Positions 13,367 through 25,588 of a stretch of 64,000 bases of DNA are shown here, piece after piece. The DNA lies in NCBI RefSeq assembly GCF_001194135.2, contig NC_068996.1:37816095-37880094 (forward strand). The letters run 5' to 3'. The position numbers and the translations under genes are program-made. Numbering within the stretch: position 1 is the stretch's first letter; the number at the start of each line of letters is the position of its first letter. The notes beneath the pieces were generated by a model that was not told the origin of the DNA, searched no databases, and was given only the letters and a program-made list of their open reading frames with translations. Source of the stretch: Octopus bimaculoides. Lineage: Eukaryota.

Positions 13367-13766
13367 AGGATAAAGCAGTAAGAGTTAACAACTGTCAAAC
13401 TTGATGCATAAGAAAATCAGACATTTCATTCTTAATGACCTGATATATATGTACACACACTCACACACACATATGAATAAGTGTGTACATGTATTTATAT
13501 ATTTATATGCTTGCATCCACTTTCTATTTCCTCCTTATACATGTGTTTGTGTATGTACATGTGTATATAGGTAACTGAATAGATATAGACAAACATATAA
13601 AAATATATTTAAAAACAAATCTGAATGTATTACCAGAGGTTCTTTTGAAGGCATTATGTTCACATGACATATCATGAGTAAGTAAGTTTGGTAGGGACTC
13701 ATCCTGCCCTTGATACTAAATTCAATCAGAAATCCTATTACTCTACAGAGACTCCTTACATGCGTG

Positions 13767-13797
<31 letters not shown>

Positions 13798-13988
13798 ATG
13801 TACTTATGAATGTTTGCATCCGCTTGTCCAATTATTCTCCTTTCTTCTATTTCCTATCATTCCTGCTAGCTACCTGTTTCTCTATCTCTCTCTCTCTCAC
13901 TCGCTCACTCTCTCTCTCTCTCTCTCTCTCTCTCCCCTTTCTCTTTCTCTCTCTTTCATTTGTTCTTTTCTAATTTCTTGTGTTTTAG

Positions 13989-14427
13989 GCCAAAGATTCA
14001 CAAGGCCAAATTGGTTTCATTCCCGAAAGTTACGTTCGTTTCTTAGAAGATGGTGAGCAACCCAGTATGCAACCTACCACAACAGCATCAATGGAGACAT
14101 ACGATCCATCCAGTAGTTTGGATATGCCGTCAATGTCTTCACCACCTCATGCAGCTCTTTCCACTCCTGACCTGCCGCCAGCACCCGACATACCCCCAGC
14201 TACTGACTTGACTGCTGAAGAAATCAGAGCTGCTGGACAAGACAACAATGATATGCCGCCACCCCCAGACTTTACAATGACAAACCATATGGAACCACCA
14301 AGTGATGTTACTCATTACGATGTGGCATCTTCATTTTCCTCTGGAGACCTTGAAGTACAGCAAGCTACTGCCCAAACTACCTCAGAGATACCCGCTGTTC
14401 CAAACCTTCCACTGATTCCTAATGACG
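13989..14427 (+). CDS. FCHSD2: FCHSD2/Nwk-like exon: end of SH3a (AKDSQGQIGFIPESYVRF) plus Pro/Ser/Thr/Asp-rich linker
   Basis: Long pyrimidine tract, ttttAG acceptor, G|GTATGT donor, 439 nt phase 0-1; G.IG..P..Y SH3 motif, open frame throughout. Confidence 0.92.
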
Positions 14428-14506
14428 GTATGTACCTTTCTTGGAATATTTTTCTCCATTTTATTTTTATTGAGATTACACAAAATTTCAGTTGACATTT
14501 ACGCTG

Positions 14507-14541
<35 letters not shown>

Positions 14542-14711
14542 CATTATTTATTTGATACTGAGACTGCCTTTCGTTGCCACTCAGAGTTTGTTCCATATGT
14601 TGTGTTGATAAGCAGAAATGTAAAAACACTGAATATTGACCAAAACAAATGTCAAACTCAGATGAAAGTATTTAAAGACAGGACAAGAGGGGGAAACACA
14701 TGGAACAGAGA

Positions 14712-14754
14712 GTCACTGAAGATGTCACAGAATGTGTGACAAAAGAACTTTGAT
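14712..14754 (+). ncRNA. Decayed minimal hammerhead-like motif (G12A)
   Basis: GTCA-CTGAAGA-t-GTCACA gaatg TGTGAC-AAAA-G aa C-TT-TGAT; 6-bp perfect stem II, 4-bp stem I with one G-U. Confidence 0.4.
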
Positions 14755-14942
14755 AGACAAATAAACTAAAAATAATATGTATAAAAACTAAAGTGAAGAT
14801 CAAATAAATAGTGCTTGTGTTTGATTGGGAAAAAATGACCATCCCCAAGTATAACAATATCTGTTTCAACACACATCAACACACAATTTCAAATCAAGAA
14901 TCCTGCAAAACAAATACATAAACATCTATATATATATATATC

Positions 14943-14976
<34 letters not shown>

Positions 14977-15036
14977 TTGTTTGTAAAAAACATAAATCTG
15001 AAAGAAGAAGCACACTCTAAGATGTGGAGCAGTATA

Positions 15037-15224
15037 TATTAAAAATGGAGAAGGCTGGTTTATGGGATTGCCTTAGGTTTCCTGTCCTTAAAGGGTTTCT
15101 CCATATATTCAAGAAGTCATAGGCCAACAGGTTTTTGGGATCTGATGATACACTATAAAGCTAAACCCTTTATGGACGAGAAACCTAAGGTAATACCATA
15201 AGCTGGCCTTCTCCATTTTTAATA
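15037..15224. repeat. 62-bp inverted repeat with 64-nt spacer
   Basis: 15037-15098 versus 15163-15224: 54/62 Watson-Crick, 5 G-U and 3 mismatches on the + strand transcript. Confidence 0.9.
15121..15209 (+). ncRNA. Type I hammerhead ribozyme motif, intact core, intronic sense
   Basis: Stem I aggcca..ggtttttgggat / ataccataagctggcct; CTGATGA 15142-15148; stem II with ATAAAG/CTTTAT helix; GAAA 15180-15183; stem III ACC taa GGT; triplet GUA, predicted cut after 15192. Confidence 0.7.
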
Positions 15225-15921
15225 CACACACACACACACACACACATTTTTTTAATCAGAACATTATAAAAGTAACTTAAGAAACAAGAGTTTTATGCAT
15301 GGTACTTATCAAAGTTTGATAAACCCCACTCACTTTCTATTGATTAAAAAGAAATATAACATGAGTATATAATACTTATGTATAGAGTTCTGTTTCTCCT
15401 CTTTGTTCTGGAGAAGTTACACACAGAGAAATGTGTGCCTAGTTCTTTGTTCATATATAGTTTACATTGTTGATATTTATTGATGATTGATGACTACAAT
15501 TTATTTTAGTCATAAAATAATATAAAAAATATATTTGTATATTACTATTGTATACTTATATAATTGCAAATTTCTGAATGTATGTATATGTATGTATTTG
15601 TTAAAGGTAAGCAGAAACTATACAATCTTAAGTAGCAATAAAAGCAATCAGTTTGATTCTCACCCTAAGTTGTCAAGGAAGTTCTCATATTGCCTAACAT
15701 CTGCAAATGGAGCTGACTCATCATAATCATATGTTGAATATACTTCCTGAGTTGATTTTTTTTTTCCTATTCTAAATGTATAAAAACATTTGAAACTAAA
15801 AATATTTAGGAAAGAACTCAATAAAAACGAACTTCTTTGAGAAATTTTTAGTTTTAATCTTTCAAACTCTGAGCATTCACAAATGTTAATAAACATATTT
15901 ATTTTCAAATTTTGCTTACAG

Positions 15922-16124
15922 GTGAAATTTGGGCTAGAGCTCTTTATGATTATGAGGGAAATACAGATGATGAACTATCTTTTACTGAGGGTACATATAT
16001 TAGAATAATTAGAAAAGATGAAAACGGCATTGATGATGGATTCTGGCAGGGGGAAATTGAAGGAGAGATTGGAGTTTTCCCTTCCCTAGTTGTGGAAGAA
16101 TTAATTGAAAATGGTGAACCAGAA
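15922..16124 (+). CDS. FCHSD2: FCHSD2/Nwk-like exon: SH3b (EIWARALYDYEGNTDDELSFTEGTYIRIIRKDENGIDDGFWQGEIEGEIGVFPSLVVEEL)
   Basis: tttgcttacAG acceptor, GTAAGC donor, 203 nt phase 1-0; complete SH3 with ALYDY, DDELSF, DDGFW.GE and GVFPS.VVEE typical of FCHSD2/Nwk SH3b. Confidence 0.95.
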
Positions 16125-16195
16125 GTAAGCAAATTTCTATCATTTTTATTGGAAATATGCGTTTGTGTATGTATGTGTGCATGTGTGTGTGTATG

Positions 16196-16238
<43 letters not shown>

Positions 16239-16342
16239 NNNNNNNNNNNNNNNNNNNNNNNNNNNNNNNNNNNNNNNNNNNNNNNNNNNNNNNNNNNNNN
16301 NNNNNNNNNNNNNNNNNNNNNNNNNNNNNNNNNNNNNNNNNN

Positions 16343-16392
<50 letters not shown>

Positions 16393-16590
16393 TTTAATTT
16401 TACCTTACTTAAATAAAATGAAAATAGTTGATATTACCATATACAACCTCTGATGTCTGTGATAAAATGTTGAAACATTAAGCTAGCTCTAAGATCAATA
16501 ACCTTAATAAATGAATTTATTATACTCTACATTTAAAATATAGTCAGTCTTTTATCGAACTTTGGTCTTAGTTATTGATGGGAAATATGC

Positions 16591-16614
<24 letters not shown>

Positions 16615-16621
<7 letters not shown>

Positions 16622-17060
16622 GGTTCAAATTTTGGCACAAGGCCAACAAATTTGGGGGTGGGAATAAGTCAGTTATATCGACCCCATTATTCAACTGGTA
16701 CTTATTTTACCAAACCTGAAAAGCTGAAAAGCAAAGTCAACCTCCATGCAATTTGAACTCAGAATGTAAAGACAGACAAAATGCTACTAAACATTTTCCC
16801 CGGCATGCCAATGATTCTGCCAACATGCTAATAATGATAATAATAATAATAATAATCCTTTCTACTAAAGGCACAAGGCCTGAAATTTTGGAGGAAGGGA
16901 CGAGTCAATTACATTGATCCCAGTGCTTCACTGATACTTAATTTATCAACCCTGAAAGGATGAAAGGCAAAGTCAACCTTGGCAGAACATAAAGACAGGC
17001 GAAATATTGCTAAGCATTTTGCCCAGTGTGCTTACAATTCTGCCCGCTCACTGCCCTAAT
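16615..17060 (-). mobile_element. Two tandem SINE family B copies
   Basis: Core motif present twice (16690-16745 and 16925-16985), each with an (AAT)n tail. Confidence 0.8.
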
Positions 17061-17949
17061 GATGATGATAATAACAATAGCAATTAAAACAGATTTTTAA
17101 CAACTGTTGCTCCAAGTTTTGCATTAACACTTTACAATATGGCTGAAATACTTTTTAAGATTACAGGTTTATGCTATTGAGAGAAAATTTTCCTGATATT
17201 TTATACTAAGTCTTTTGTTAGAAAAAGAGGAAAATTGTTTTATTCTCTTCATCCATCAAGGAATGATTACTGCGCTTCCAACAAACAACACAAAAAAAAA
17301 GCTTACTTTTTTTCTCTGATAAATGACTTTGTCCTATATATCAAGAGAAATTCTCATAACAGCAATTGAAATTTGAAAAAAAATAATTTGAAAAAAAAAA
17401 TATGTGAGACTATATGTTCACATTGATTTTATAATATTTTATAACAAAATTCATACATGCAAAAATATTCTGAAATTAATATCAAGTATTCCTTACTAAC
17501 GATTTCATTTAGAAAAATATTTTATAAATGTTCTTAGGTTGTTGATATTTAATTTCAAGTCAACTTTGATTGAGCAAAGCTATAACTGAAAATGTTACAA
17601 CCTCAACTACCCCAACTTTTTAGAGACTTCTAAAGTTATGTTATTTAATGTGTATTCCTTCTTTTTAAGACAATGGAGGTATGATTTGAGATGGTTGTGG
17701 CTGATATTTCTTCCAAATCAAACTGCCCCATTAATATAACCTTATTTAGCTCAAAAAGGCTCATAGTTTATAGACACTCAAATGCAACAGCCATATTTAA
17801 TTTTTTTTTTTTTTTACTATTATTTTAGACATATTTTTTCCTTGAAGACTTTTTCCTCTGATGGCTTGGTCCAATATATCATGAGAAATTCTTCTCATAA
17901 CAGCAAATGAATATGAACCTAAAAATTTACTTCTGATTTCATATTGAAC

Positions 17950-18360
17950 ATCATCATCATCATCTTTTAACATCCATTTTCCATGCTGGCATGGATTGGG
18001 TGGTTTGACTGACATCTGGAGAGCTAGTGGCTGCACCAAGTTCCAATCTGATTTGGCATGGTTTTTACAGCTGGATGCCCTTCCTAATGTCAACCACTCC
18101 AAGAGTGTCATGAGTGCTTTATATGTGCCACTGGCATGGGTGCCAGTTACATAACACCAGCATCAGCAATGACTATTATCTCACTTGGCTCGACAGGTCT
18201 TTTCAAGCACAGTATATCACCAAAGGTCTCGGTCACTTGTCATTACTTCCGTGAGGCCCAACATTTGAATGGTACTTTTTATATGCCAGTTACATGACAC
18301 TGGCATCAGCCATGACTGCAATTTCACTTGGCTTCACAGGCCTTCTCAAGCACAGCATAA
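17950..18360 (-). mobile_element. Repeat family D copy
   Basis: catcatcatc..ttaacatcc..tttccatgctggcatgg...ggctgcacca...ggatgcccttcctaatgtcaaccact. Confidence 0.7.
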
Positions 18361-19308
18361 ACATGTTAATTTAAAAGTGTTTATAATTAATGATTTCAAT
18401 TAAATCCTTTAGAATACTACATAATATTGCTTGCAAAATATTTGCTTTTGCTGCAGTATAACACCATACTCCCAAAAATCAAATTCACTTTCCACAGGAT
18501 TAAATTGTTAATTTATTTTAATTAATTTATATCTTAAAGTTGTCTCCCCTGCCTTTTTTTTATCAGAATTATCATTAAGGTTAATAACTTTTTCTTTCTA
18601 CTCACTTATAGTGTGTAATAATTTTTATCAAATTTCTTTGGTTTCCAACTACATTAAGTATATTGATGCACACTTTAGTACTTGCATTTCATGCAGCTGG
18701 TGTTTCTATGTATTTGTTGCCTTTGCCATTTTTCTAACATTTTTTACCCTCATTTACCATGCGACTTTGGTTGTATGATTGTAATCTCAAATATATGTAT
18801 ACATATAGGCAGTTTGNNNNNNNNNNNNNNNNNNNNNNNNNNNNNNNNNNNNNNNNNNNNNNNNNNNNNNNNNNNNNNNNNNNNNNNNNNNNNNNNNNNN
18901 NNNNNNNNNNNNNNNNNNNNNNNNNNNNNNNNNNNNNNNNNNNNNNNNNNNNNNNNNNNNNNNNNNNNNNNNNNNNNNNNNNNNNNNNNNNNNNNNNNNN
19001 NNNNNNNNNNNNNNNNNNNNNNNNNNNNNNNNNNNNNNNNNNNNNNNNNNNNNNNNNNNNNNNNNNNNNNNNNNNNNNNNNNNNNNNNNNNNNNNNNNNN
19101 NNNNNNNNNNNNNNNNNNNNNNNNNNNNNNNNNNNNNNNNNNNNNNNNNNNNNNNNNNNNNNNNNNNNNNNNNNNNNNNNNNNNNNNNNNNNNNNNNNNN
19201 NNNNNNNNNNNNNNNNNNNNNNNNNNNNNNNNNNNNNNNNNNNNNNNNNNNNNNNNNNNNNNNNNNNNNNNNNNNNNNNNNNNNNNNNNNNNNNNNNNNA
19301 TATTTATA

Positions 19309-19359
<51 letters not shown>

Positions 19360-20620
19360 CTTAATCTTTTATTTTTATTTATTTTTTTTCCTATTATTAT
19401 TTAATATTATTTCTCTTGTTTGAAGGAAAGTCTTGAAACTTCCGGGTAAGGTTTAAAATTCAAACAAAAGGTCTTTTGGTGCGGCATTGCTTCTTCATTA
19501 ACATTGCTTTCTTAGTGAATATTAACAAAAAATATTTATAACAATAACATGTCAGTGAAATATATTCTATCGAAATTATTTAAAAGCAAGTAACAACAGC
19601 AGCTAAATAGCTTTGCAGGTGGTGTGAGATTTAATCAAAGCATGTTCATTTTCATTCTCTTTTCTCTTATTAATTTTGTTTTTTTTTGTTTTTCTTATTC
19701 CTGCTTTATTTATTTTGTTCAAAAGTATTTTTGCTTAAATAAGAAACAAATTTGGTTTTTATAACTATTATTTATGCTTTGAGGTATGGGATAATATCAT
19801 CTAATAACATTGTTCCAGATCAGATTCTGCATGCAATGGTATCACTCACTTCTAACTAAGTGGTAGACTTAAACTTTTGCCCAGTCTGACACCATCATCT
19901 AAACTTTGGGAAACTTTAGTGGACTCCATACCATACTGCTGTATTTATTTTGATCCCAGTTTCTGAGTGGAGAATATCTCATTTGTTCCTTTGTTTTTAC
20001 TCTTAGACAATTTTTAAAATAAATTTCTTTTAATCCCTGAAAACATTTCACTTAATATATAGAGCCAATGGATCTTGGGAAAGTATAAACGTCACTAACT
20101 ACTGTAAAAAAAAGTACATTGTATGGTAGCATTTTAAAAGAAAGGTAAAATAGTTATCTTAATTTATGGATTTTTTTTTTATTGTTCATATTTATGTACA
20201 GAAACTGAATTTCAAATATCAGATTTGAAAAATTGACTGGATATTGAATAACTGTTCTTTATAGTGACCCTCCATGGCTTACCAAATGGCCTAAACAGCC
20301 TAAATTGAACATCCACAACTGTTGGCAGAAGTTCTACTAATTGAAGAACTTGTCCAATTCATGTAAAAATCCTCTCCTCTATAGAAGAGTGCAACACATT
20401 TTAAAGGCTTGTCAATATCTTTTCCGCTTGCTGTTTCCCAATGAAGCTTTCATGCTAAAAGTTTGGTTAAAGAGTCTGATCTGAATATTTTAATATAGTT
20501 ACACATGTTTGTGTTGGTTTATTTATATACACATTTGAGCTAAGTTCCTGTAACAAGTTTCCTAAACTTTAAGTTGCACGGGGTTGAATGAAACTATTTT
20601 AAATAATAATAATGTGTGTG

Positions 20621-20662
<42 letters not shown>

Positions 20663-21274
20663 ATTCAGTTGAATTAGGTACGTAAATTGAAGCACGAAGT
20701 CAGTCTGGTATAGTACGCACAGCTCCAAGTTAGGTCAGTAGAATGTAAATAAGATGTCCAGGTATCAATACATTACAACCATTTCAAGTGACTCCATTTT
20801 AAATCAGTTTTAAAGAAATGCTCTCCTCAGAAGTAGATGACCATATAGATTTCCAACATAAAGGATATAACAAATTTATATCAATACTAGAAACGTATTT
20901 TTAGTGCTCAAAGTTGATTTCTATTGTCCTCTACTTTTCTCACTCCTGCCTTTACATCATAGCTCCAGGATCATTTGGTTTGATACTAAAATTAACACCC
21001 TCACTCATTACTCTATCTCAGTGTGTCTCTTTTGCAAATATACTTACCTCACATCTTAATCAAAATCATCTTTTGTTCCATTAATTACTATTTAATGTCT
21101 TAATATTATTTTAATTTGTTTACTGATTAATCATTGGAATGTGTTTATAAAAAGAACATCATTTACAAGGATTTTAGGCAATTATATCCAGAAACACACC
21201 TTTCTATTTTATCAGCCTTGATATGAACTAAGGCAAAGTAGATCTGGACAAAAAAAGACAAAGTATAGATATAG

Positions 21275-21590
21275 AGCATTGGGCTCACAATCATGGGGTA
21301 GTGAGTTCAATTTCTGGACCAAGCTGTGTTGTGTTCTTGGGCAAGACACTTTATATCACATTGCTCCAGTTCACTCAGCTGTAGAAATGAGTTGCAACAT
21401 TACTGGTGCCAAGCTGTATTGACCTTTTCCTTTCCTTTGGATAACATCGGTGGCATGGAGAGGGGAGGCTGGTATGCATGGACGACTGCTGGTCTTCCTT
21501 AAACAACCTTGTCTGGACCTGTGCCTCGAAGGGTAACTTTCTAGGTGCAATTCCATGGTCATTCATGACCAATGAGGGTCTTTACCCTTA
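21275..21590 (+). mobile_element. SINE related to family C (tRNA-like head)
   Basis: gagttcaatt B-box-like motif, gtgttcttgggcaagacacttta...tgctccagttcactcagctgta shared with 35925-36060. Confidence 0.65.
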
Positions 21591-24383
21591 TACATATACA
21601 TGTGAATCTAGCTGATTTCTGCAATTTCCACCTTCCAAATTTCACTTCCAAGGTTTTGGTCAACCCAAAGCTTATGCTAGAAGACACCTGCTCAAGATGC
21701 CTGCTTTGGGATTGAACCCAAAAAAATATATAATTGTAAGGTGAACTTAACTTCTTAACAACACAGTTGTATCTAGAACCATTCATATGGTAAATCAAAA
21801 GTCAACCTGAATCACAATCAAGTAACAAAGTCTACATTTTGTTTCATTTTTCTTTTTATATTTTGTTTTCAAGTACATTTTTTTTACTGTTTTATTTTTG
21901 TGCTTTTTCTTCATTTTTATTTTAAACGTTTTTTTCAATTTTTCTCATTTTACATTGTTGAAAAATCAAGCAAATCCTGTTTCATTTTGGATGTTTAATT
22001 GACTGGTCACAGTTTGAATGTTAACTGAAAGCAAATTTTCATTGAATTTACTTGGCAGATATGTTCAGGTTTATAAGTCACCACCAATGTTCAATTGTCT
22101 ACTTTTTTAATATAGTTTTCTCATCCAGTTCTATGACTCTGGACTAATTAAATCTGCTGTATATGCTACATGTATTTAGTTTCGTGGACTTTTGCCTAAT
22201 GTTCAGATGACAAGACCAGTACTCTATAATTCTGAAAGAAAATTCTTAGCAACTACACAAATACCAACACAACTACATATATTCAAAGTCATAATTCCTA
22301 GACAATAGTTAGTTAATGATCACCAGTTGTAAGATATATTTAGTTCTGGCCTTAAATATTATTCAGACTTAGATATTACTTTCAACTAGAACTCAATGGA
22401 AGAATCATAAATAATAATTAACTGATCAGTCAATTAATTAGTAACTCTAAAAGAGAATTTAGAAAAGAAAAAGGTAAATGTTTCTCATCGTTGTTCAATC
22501 AACCTTCTAGAAATAGCAGCAATATCTGTCATATCGTATTCTTGTCTTTAAAGGGAAGAACACACAAGATAATGTAAACTTAAACAGCCTCTAAAGATGA
22601 CAGAGTGGTCATGGCTGGAATGCCTTTATTCATAGTTCTGCTCATTTAGAATTTACCTGGAAGTAAACTACAACACTGGTTTCATGTTCAATTGTAGAAA
22701 AACCATGGTTATATTTCTATCCAGAACCTGAAGCTTAAATCATAATGCATTTAGTCTGAGTATAATTCAGGTCACTTATCAGCTCTTGTTTAGCTCACCA
22801 ACAATATCCTACAAAGCACAAACACTTTTCCCTTATTATGGTGGAAACAGGCAGGATATCTCCATACAACTGTTTCTTGATGGGATGAGTTCTCCAAGAT
22901 ATGTTTAAGACTGCTCTTAACATTCAGGTGTAAGTTCCATCTAGCTTAGATTTGGTAAGTATCCAGGCTGTTGCTCTATATAAAATGACAGACTCTACAG
23001 TTGCACAAAAAAAATTCTATTTAAAGAAGAGTAGTGTCACCTTCTACCTTAAAGATTTTGCCCTCGAGGCATTACTTATGGCAGGAAAAAATAAAGTTGG
23101 ATACTTTTTAGATGCACCTCATAGACTAATTCACCAGAGACACTGAGTACTAACCAAAAGACTTGCTTCAACTAATGCAGGACGGAGCTGGATTGTGTGT
23201 GGGGGTTTAAAATGTCTGAGCAAGCTCAACTAGATGATGAGGATAATTCAGGTGCTGTCGAAGATACCAAATTCAGAAAACACATGAACACTTTCCGACA
23301 CTGAGATAATAGATCAAATACTAGAGCAGAGCAAAGCTCAAAACAGTATAATCCTTTACAAATGACACAACTAAAACTTGAATGATTATAAATCAACTAA
23401 CATATATAATTTAAAAAAGAGAGTTTCACCAAAATATGCATTAAAAAATTTACCATAATTTCAGCTTGATATGCTCTTTCTCATGGTGAACAAATGACAT
23501 GGCTAAAACTTGGATGATTATAAATCAACTAACATATATAATAAAAAATAATAGATATTCAGTTGTTTCACCAATGTATACATAAAAAGGTTTACCATAA
23601 TTTCAATTTGTGACATTCTCTTTCTTCTGATGGTCCACTTAACTGGTTTTTAACCCTGAATTCTTTAATCACTAGTCAATAAAGAGAAGCACATAGCCTG
23701 ACCAAGAAGTATGGTCTCCACAACCAAATGCATGTCTCATTTTGTAGAAAGAACAAAATCAGTTGGACTGTTATATCCCATAGGCAGTCAGCTGATTTTC
23801 CGAAGTTTATGTTTGAAAATGGTAAAATAGTTACTATCTCAGATTTGCATGATTCAACCTTGCTTCATGCCTGATGTTATGGCTATATATGTGATAGAAT
23901 GATGATTAAGCAGCTTGTCAGAGTGATAACTAGTGTACATAGTAAACAACTAAGTTAACACAGTAACCATTTGAGCAATCATTCTGTTTAGACTTAGTAA
24001 AAATGGTAACAAAATCACAGCATTTGGTCTGTATATGTAAATACAATATTTTTATGTGCACAGTTACATACACATACATTATTGTTACATACATACATAC
24101 ATACATACATCATCATCATTATTTCAATATCATCTTTCTGTGCTTGCATGAATCAGGCAAAATTCATTGGGGTAGATTCTTTTACATCTGGACACTCTTC
24201 TTGACATCAATTCTCACCTGTTTCCAAGCAAGGTAAGATTTCCCATAATGTGACATAGGAGATTGGCAATGAAGAACACTGCTTGTTTGATGGTAATGCT
24301 TGATTACAACTATTGCATGATGTCAAGATAAGGAGATACAAATGCACACACAGACATGTTCAACAGCTTTCTTTCAGTTACTG

Positions 24384-24423
<40 letters not shown>

Positions 24424-24735
24424 TTTTAAGTGAAAGAAGTTACAAAGTGACTCAAGAGCTAAGAGATTAGTGGTACTTATCAAAATGATGTAACAATGTT
24501 TTATCCCCCTCTTACTTATATATATNNNNNNNNNNNNNNNNNNNNNNNNNNNNNNNNNNNNNNNNNNNNNNNNNNNNNNNNNNNNNNNNNNNNNNNNNNN
24601 NNNNNNNNNNNNNNNNNNNNNNNNNNNNNNNNNNNNNNNNNNNNNNNNNNNNNNNNNNNNNNNNNNNNNNNNNNNNNNNNNNNNNNNNNNNNNNNNNNNN
24701 NNNNNNNNNNNNNNNNNTATATATATATATATATA

Positions 24736-25588
24736 TGAAAGGGTACTCAAAAGTAATTGGAAACAGGCTTTGTGGAACAAGCCCATTATAGTTTTGGCTT
24801 TCACCACTAGAATCCACTTGATGTGTCCCTCAGGCATCAGTATGTTGACCAGTGGCATCAAGTGTAGTCCTACTGCCACCTGGTGCATCTTTGCTTTGCA
24901 GTGCTTCTCCCGCATTTGTCAATTTTTGCGATGTCTGAAATGAAGGAACAGCACCTAAAAAAGTTGTCATGCTCCAGACGGCTTACAAGGATGCTGCCAT
25001 GTGCAAAATGCAAGTTTATGAATGGTTTTCACGCTTTAGGAATGGTCACTTGTTACTTGAAGACCAACCTCATTCAAGGCATCCATCAACCTCCCAAACA
25101 AATGAAAATCCATGAACTGATCTTGGGGGACCATCAATGAATAATTGTTGAACTTTCTTATATGACTGGTGTGTCCTGGAGCTCCTGCCAAAAAATTTGG
25201 AGCAAGGAATTGTGAATGAAAAGAGTTGCAGCAAAATTTGTGCCTCGCCTGCTCACAGAAGATCAAAAGCAGTCACAACTGAATGTGTGCCGTGAACTGA
25301 AACAACAGTTGGAAATTGATCCTGACCTTTGTTTATAGGTCATCACTGGTGACGAAAGCTGGTGCTATGGAATTTGCAGATGTAGAAGAGGTGAAGAAAG
25401 AAGTGTCAGAGGCATTAAAAGGCATCACTTTGCATGAGTTCCAGCACTGCTTTGAACAGTGGAAAACACATCTGGACAGATGTATTGCTTCAAATGGAGC
25501 AATACATTGAAGGCAATAAAAGTGTAAACATGTAAAACTAAAGGAATAAAATATTGCAAAATTCCAGTTTCTTTTGGGTACCCCCTCT
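24736..25588 (+). mobile_element. mariner-family DNA transposon, internally deleted and pseudogenised
   Basis: Imperfect TIRs (tgaaagggtactcaaaagtaattggaa vs rc agagggggtacccaaaagaaactggaa) in TA context; frames VYEWFSRFRNG, MKRVAAKFVPRLLTEDQK, VITGDESWCY and FQHCFEQWKTHLDRCIASNG. Confidence 0.9.

Noticed and set aside
16343-16386. Long poly-T run after a gap
   Set aside because: Adjacent sequence is missing, so it cannot be assigned to a retrocopy tail or an artefact
18682-19404. Long ORFs spanning N runs (also near 24.5, 29.4-30.2, 43.2-43.8 and 55.5-56.3 kb)
   Set aside because: Open only because N codons contain no stops
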